Shown: in pieces, positions 14,301-17,512 of the stretch
Numbering within the stretch: position 1 is the first letter of the stretch
How the letters are laid out: each line of letters starts with the position of its first letter
Origin: Fidelibacterota bacterium
GTDB taxonomy: Bacteria > Fidelibacterota > Marinisomatia > Marinisomatales > TCS55
Assembly: GCA_046861385.1 (NCBI GenBank)
Contig: JBHHTW010000039.1
Location: 1-17,512, forward strand
DNA: 17,512 bases
Direction of reading: 5' to 3'
Notes under the pieces: generated by a model
The model's input: only the letters and a program-made list of their open reading frames with translations
What the model was told of the DNA's origin: nothing
Databases searched by the model: none
Made by a program: the position numbers and the translations under genes

Positions 14301-16874
14301 GAGTCAAAGATTGTTTCTGTAAAAAGTGTATTATTTGATGTCCTGCCTCCCACGCTCACGATTCATAGTCCCATAAATGGAGATGCATTTAATAATCCGG
14401 TCATCAGTTTTGAAATGAATGAAAAATTGGCGGAAGGAACATTCACTTTCAAACAAACGAGCGGTACCATCGATCCCGACAGTCCCCATATAGTAAACAT
14501 TTTGCCACCATATGATGTTCAGGGACGATATAATGATATCAATTATAGCAGTGATCTAACACTAAACGATGGGAGTATTTATTCCATAACATTCAATGCA
14601 AGCGACCCTGCAGGAAATGTGTCAGATCCGTTTACAGTTTCAGATATAATATATGACAACACTCCTCCCAAAATTTCCATTACATCACCAGTAGAAAATT
14701 CACATTTACGTAACATAACAGTGACATTTTCCAATGATGAAACGCTGATATCCGGCGCTCTTAATGTTGAGCAAACATTGGGTACTGCAGACCCAAATAG
14801 TCCACATAAAATTGACTTAATGAATGAATATCTCCTGCCCGGAGAACATAGTTTGACTGTTCAAAAAATGACTCAACTAATAAATGATGCTGAATATCGA
14901 ATCAAAATAAACGGGATGGATAAGGCAGGGAATGAGACAGTTTCTAATATAGTGGGGCAGCTTGTATATGATATCGAACCTCCCGTGTTGCAATTAACCG
15001 AACCATTGGCTCATTCTATTGTCAACCATTCCATTATCGGATTTATTTTAAATGAACCATTACAAAGCCTGAGTATAGCGTGGGTAGACGATGCAGGTAC
15101 GATTATACAAAAAATGTTGCCTGAAAAATATCGATTACCCGAAAAATATGAACGAATCGTGTTAGGGGACTCACCGGCATTAATCAGTGGTACAATGTAT
15201 ACTTTACAACTGGAGGGGACTGACTTAGCCGGTAATGAATCCGCAATAAAAATTGAGGAAGTTAAGTTTGACAATGAACCACCTGTTTTTACAGCTATCA
15301 GTCCATCAGAAAATTCCTATGTTAATCATACAAATGTTCATTTTGACTTCAATGAGCCGCTGCAATCAGGAGAATTAATTTGGACAGCTACAGGTGGCGC
15401 AACAGATTCACAAAGCCCAAGGAAAATCACCTTAAGTCAGCCTGAGCTTGAACAACCATTTTCTGCGCCGGCAACTTTGAACAATCAAAATCCGTTAAAT
15501 GATGGCACAATTTATCAACTATCCATTCGAGGAATGGATATCCCGGGAAATGAAACTGAAGTAAAATTAACAGAAAATATTCACTACGATATCTCTCAGC
15601 CAACTCTCACGCTCCTTTCGCCAGAGAATAATGATTATATTAATGATGACGATGTCGAATTTTCACTTAATGAGAATTTACTCAATGCTGTAATTTCCTG
15701 GACAAGGGTAGGGGGTGAGGCAGATCCTTTATCCCATAAGATTACACTTTCTGATGACCTGTTAACAGCTGGGGAACATTCAACGGCTGCCTTATCAGAT
15801 TTACCATTGGTCAGTGGTGCAATTTATAAAATTGAAATTTCGGGGACAGATTTGGCAGGAAATCAATCTGAAAGTGTTGGTAGTGTACAGGTCAATTATG
15901 ACACCACTCCTCCTGTAGTATCTATTACTTTACCTACAGTCAATTCTCAAATTAATATATTAAATATTTCCTATACCTTATCGGAGCCATTAAAAAGTGG
16001 GGAAATAATCTATACAAATGAAAATAATAGTACCATCGGCAAAACACAATTGAGTCCCAACGAACTAACTTCGCTCAATTGGGATAATAATGTATTGGAG
16101 AATCCATTGAATCTGGAAGATGGTGGTACATATACCTTAATTCTGCATGGAATCGATTTAGCTGGAAATATGGGTGAATCCGAAAAGATTACGGGAGTAC
16201 GTTACGATATTTCAAAGCCGGAGTTTACTATACTTCGACCGAAAGAAAACTACGTCAATGTTGAGAGCATTACCCATTATACAATAAATGAAGATATTGT
16301 ATCCGGCACAGCGACGTGGGTTCGCACAGGTGGTAAAATCCTTGGACCCGTTGCAACAGCAAACCGACCTCAGGTTATGGAATTGGTAGGTGATGAATTA
16401 AAAGGAGGAGATCATAAAAATATTCTGTTCACAAATTCTCCAAAATTAAACGCCACAACCATTTATAAGTTGACGTTAATTGGTACTGATGCAGCCGGAA
16501 ATGAAAGTCTGCCAACTTCAGTGGATGGTATTGAATTTATTCCTAACTTGGCCGGTAACTGGTATTTTCAGGGAGCTATTATGACCGTTGTCTGGACTTT
16601 CGAACCTGACGAAGGAGTGGAAGATCAATCAACAGGAATATTTTCACAAGGAATGCAAATGGGGACAAAGATCAGCAACCAGGAATATGGCAATTATACA
16701 ATCGATTATTCCGTCACGCCCTGGGAAATGGTGTGGGTAATGGAAAAATCAGGACAGCAACGATTCAGTATTTTTGAATTTCGGGATAATCTTCATTTGA
16801 AGGTTTTGACCAAAGATCGAAAAAAGCCTAAAAATTGGCGTGACGGCGAGGTGATGATTTATGAATTTCGGTAA
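8379..16874 (+). CDS. Giant secreted/surface protein with about 24 tandem bacterial Ig-like repeats
   Basis: Uninterrupted 2831-aa ORF with an N-terminal signal-like sequence (MKRALCVFSLLVLGLAASILPA). Units of about 105 aa recur, ending L.DG..Y.....G.D.AGN.S.......YD..PP. The protein is acidic, beta-strand-rich and almost free of Cys. Confidence 0.85.
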   Translation: MKRALCVFSLLVLGLAASILPAKIQFFLTELDFISNQPVPESEIQFKPHLRVDYDDANNVIQKLHLNKQGKVTKTEIFTYDSTQILKTKDIYVPEEILVQKIMFGLEEKAVDYIEYVYGVDTVKDWADRFSIMDYNHLSQLTNHSFYDVNAFMYGNAHFEYDSLGHLSKEEWIRHPSKKTMYLWNHFFDPVTQLTRIMEYDSNGVLVQDFRLNPDGSESIFWFKNLEDSTFINHTKLVFWNESFLEWGRVVFFKVNSDSTQHDSVQYTLQKQYLNEGNFSVEMELDSLLQDSAMYNIVFKGWGKSGYKATERGIYGVIYDISSPILELNIKPFINKPFIAYDHSEPLTKASLEWITMHDSTQILSIEFDSLDLTKSGNGKFRLAHQEELTDSVFYRVTLSGVDRAGNISTPTELDSIMYDIQRPILELSSPVVGEHRNISSIAFANNEPIISWKIMVKSMLGVPDSLSPHYYETDSSFFDPGIIEKDLSDEFKLSDGTVYRFELSGIDRAGNISTIHSVDSVTYDITPPILTIIYPASGAVVNQATISYSNNEKLRAGEFRWEQTEGTMDSSAPHIIPLIQSELEKGDHIQYRLSNQEELNDGTVYSLMFVGQDFAGNEGIAPSHADILFDAVPPEFSDIKPLSGSALNYKHVSYTLSEKIESGSITWIWLGGIKDESSPHIMSFVGDEMEIGVHDSIMLEMDPPLADGGEYQLELNAIDFAGNVAETKVVNNILYDFTPPQITVSYPMEMSFLPKTTMTYFLSESLKNGSFLLERISGKEDPKSPYEIDLSINEKLAGEHNDVHLIFMPKVIEGTVYKLSFNGYDRANNYTSPLVLSGLQYDFTPPIISIIDPMDNTDVNHLRINYEFSELMKEAEVSWEWTGGVNDPNPIHGQSLVSDELAEGIHQGTELLNSPNLIDGGIYNISISAKDRAGNSSNIPSVSQIRYDITAPVIVLNYPSEGSYVSTPVISYELSENLDSGKIIFTQTGGSLDTLSPQEFVMSFELMEKGEHSNIFKLDGPELTEGSIYTISIEGNDRAGNEASIASVSGIIYDATPPIISLHTADSSLFVNHNRISFSKSEPIKRGVITWKQIGGTNDPASPLVIDLTDDELSKDSYDNYTLMNAPHLNDGSIYTIEFTAVDFAGNISETAQMENVLYDISPPVLQIVSPGNNYITNGTELSVSISEDLSNGKITWDGIDSEGNSQLTSWELKEGILNGGQYDVNDYYIPDLIDGGIYSITFNAQDPAGNESIPVKIDNYRVDRTPPVFTNMKPVTGSFINRDFVGYTLSEDMQKGVILMESKNGTISVPLQGQELKSGEHPLDQLLAKPNWTDGENYHLEFVGSDFAENVSDTVYLNDIYYDISPPIFTLTNPGSDDYINETIVTFSVNESLANGQMIWVSDTGDSLVIELAESRLLKGDHVINDSIDFVEKIPYSIFFRGIDLAGNHGSSDPISNVRFDITKPELKIISPEENSIVNHLLVSYHLNEDLQSSKLFWQDVSGMDNNSVHEIALTGDEMIAGDHIDITLNKLPELLDGASYMIQMEGSDLAGNKNIAEPIKSYTLDFSPPVFSKIKPPSGALINQVELEYTISENLKSGTITFVRTDGEPDQKSPHIVKLSGKKLNKGTRGGVLPSNLVPLTNGSVYKIEFSGIDSAGNTSEDMAVENISFDNELPVVFIKAPQHNVTINNLACDYIIGEDMVSGQLIVEIDSKNKLVIELKEDEMKAGEYAQFLPPELAELDDGVTLNFTLVGSDAAGNIAKPHSIENVKYDTTHPVVTIVDPSTDDIINYTTISINISEDLAVGNLTIIQTGGVVDSRSPITIPLQTTEMKSGSYEFIQLEYGPKFQNGSIYTYEFSGEDFAGNPVLSQSVINILYDNEPPVISISKPIDSEHIKNTEVSFISSDQLSRGLVTFERTGGSTDSKSPHVIELEGTQLREGIHMDENITIPNALADGSIYLISIQGWDNAGNESKIVSVKSVLFDVLPPTLTIHSPINGDAFNNPVISFEMNEKLAEGTFTFKQTSGTIDPDSPHIVNILPPYDVQGRYNDINYSSDLTLNDGSIYSITFNASDPAGNVSDPFTVSDIIYDNTPPKISITSPVENSHLRNITVTFSNDETLISGALNVEQTLGTADPNSPHKIDLMNEYLLPGEHSLTVQKMTQLINDAEYRIKINGMDKAGNETVSNIVGQLVYDIEPPVLQLTEPLAHSIVNHSIIGFILNEPLQSLSIAWVDDAGTIIQKMLPEKYRLPEKYERIVLGDSPALISGTMYTLQLEGTDLAGNESAIKIEEVKFDNEPPVFTAISPSENSYVNHTNVHFDFNEPLQSGELIWTATGGATDSQSPRKITLSQPELEQPFSAPATLNNQNPLNDGTIYQLSIRGMDIPGNETEVKLTENIHYDISQPTLTLLSPENNDYINDDDVEFSLNENLLNAVISWTRVGGEADPLSHKITLSDDLLTAGEHSTAALSDLPLVSGAIYKIEISGTDLAGNQSESVGSVQVNYDTTPPVVSITLPTVNSQINILNISYTLSEPLKSGEIIYTNENNSTIGKTQLSPNELTSLNWDNNVLENPLNLEDGGTYTLILHGIDLAGNMGESEKITGVRYDISKPEFTILRPKENYVNVESITHYTINEDIVSGTATWVRTGGKILGPVATANRPQVMELVGDELKGGDHKNILFTNSPKLNATTIYKLTLIGTDAAGNESLPTSVDGIEFIPNLAGNWYFQGAIMTVVWTFEPDEGVEDQSTGIFSQGMQMGTKISNQEYGNYTIDYSVTPWEMVWVMEKSGQQRFSIFEFRDNLHLKVLTKDRKKPKNWRDGEVMIYEFR
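9034..16547 (+). repeat. Intragenic protein-level tandem repeat region (about 24 units of about 105 aa)
   Basis: Manual count gives 23 D-x-A/P-G/N/E-N motifs plus one degenerate first unit. The units are strongly diverged, and I saw no long identical DNA copies. Confidence 0.8.
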
Positions 16875-16882
16875 TCAAACCA

Positions 16883-16913
16883 TTGGACAAGCGATTGACT
16901 TTCGGTAAATTTG
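16883..16913 (+). promoter_or_regulatory. Putative housekeeping promoter for the DUF4295-like gene and tRNA-Ser
   Basis: TTGGAC (16883-16888), 17-nt spacer, TAAATT (16906-16911). The -10 region TAAATTTG also fits the Bacteroidota TAnnTTTG element. Confidence 0.45.
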
Positions 16914-16954
16914 CCGGCTTATTTTGAACAAGATTTAAAAGGAAAAAATTATTT

Positions 16955-17371
16955 ATGGCAAAAGGAACTTCATTTGCAGCAAAATCCAAAGGAAAAAGTA
17001 AGAAAACACAATCCTTTGTAAAATATGTAAAAAGTATCAAATCTGAAAAGACGGGTCATTGGCGTTTTAATGAACAGATGGTTGCATTAAACGAAGGCGA
17101 AAACATAGATAGTGCATTAAAGCGTTTAAAGAAAAATGCCATGGCTTTGGATATGGAAATGCCGGTTTTTGATGAACCAAAAACAGAAGAGGCACCCAAA
17201 GAAGTCGAAAAGAAAAATGAATCAAAGACTGAAAGCAATAAACCAATGGAAGAGTCAGTAGATGCACTACCTGTGGACGAATCCAAGGAAGCAGTTGATG
17301 TTGAAGAAGATTCAAAAAGTGAACCAAAAGAAGAAGCAAAAGAAGATTCAGCTGACAAAAAAGACGAATAA
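16955..17371 (+). CDS. DUF4295/ribosomal protein bL38-like basic N-terminal domain with an acidic low-complexity tail
   Basis: 138 aa. MAKGTSFAAKSK...VKYVKSIKSEKTGHWRFNEQMV resembles the DUF4295 pattern (MAKK...K.VKS.KTG.Y.F.E). The last roughly 70 aa are E/K/D/S-rich and likely disordered. Confidence 0.65.
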   Translation: MAKGTSFAAKSKGKSKKTQSFVKYVKSIKSEKTGHWRFNEQMVALNEGENIDSALKRLKKNAMALDMEMPVFDEPKTEEAPKEVEKKNESKTESNKPMEESVDALPVDESKEAVDVEEDSKSEPKEEAKEDSADKKDE

Positions 17372-17380
17372 CTAATCGAT

Positions 17381-17470
17381 GGAGAGGTGTCCGAGTGGCT
17401 TAAGGAGCACGCTTGGAAAGCGTGTGTGCGTTAACGCGTACCGTGGGTTCAAATCCCACCCTCTCCGCCA
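17381..17470 (+). tRNA. tRNA-Ser (anticodon GGA)
   Basis: Acceptor stem GGAGAGG/CCTCTCC, discriminator G and encoded CCA. D-arm TCCGAGTGGCTTAAGGA. Anticodon arm CACGC-TTGGAAA-GCGTG (GGA at 17415-17417). Long variable arm. T-arm GTGGG-TTCAAAT-CCCAC. 90 nt. Confidence 0.97.
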
Positions 17471-17512
17471 GCCTACGTCCCGCTGAAAGCGTGATCTTCG
17501 GCTGACGTGCCA

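Noticed and set aside
8379-16874. RHS/polymorphic toxin, RTX adhesin or autotransporter
   Set aside because: No RHS core or DPxG cleavage motif before the C-terminal domain, no immunity-like gene, no GGxGxD repeats, and the tail is too short for an autotransporter barrel.
8622-17358. Minus-strand ORFs within the giant gene and the DUF4295-like gene
   Set aside because: Antisense shadows. The Ser/Phe-rich ones simply mirror the GAA/AAA-rich acidic tail.

Overview
AT-rich bacterial chromosomal window, probably from the FCB superphylum (Marinimicrobia-like; this is an inference from the gene families and promoter style). All credible protein genes are on the + strand: a CPA1/NhaP-type cation:proton antiporter with an RCK-like tail; a 55-aa membrane protein missed by the ORF track and coupled to a 64-aa PspC protein; a lipoprotein acylase of the penicillin/cephalosporin acylase family; three tandem YwaF/TIGR02206 (TMEM164-like) membrane paralogs followed by a CNNM/CBS gene; a 2831-aa secreted protein with about 24 divergent Ig-like repeats; and a DUF4295/bL38-like protein with an acidic tail. 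A tRNA-Ser(GGA) closes the window. The most unusual signals are non-coding. (1) A candidate minus-strand small RNA (about 4676-4750) forms a 12-bp stem around an anti-Shine-Dalgarno loop that is exactly complementary over 10 nt to the RBS of the neighbouring TIGR02206 operon, and it sits behind a -10 box and a CRP/FNR-like site at about -42. (2) A nested two-stem RNA structure lies upstream of the small-ORF/pspC pair. (3) A degenerate 7-nt tandem array lies before the giant gene. No CRISPR array, transposase or integrase is seen.
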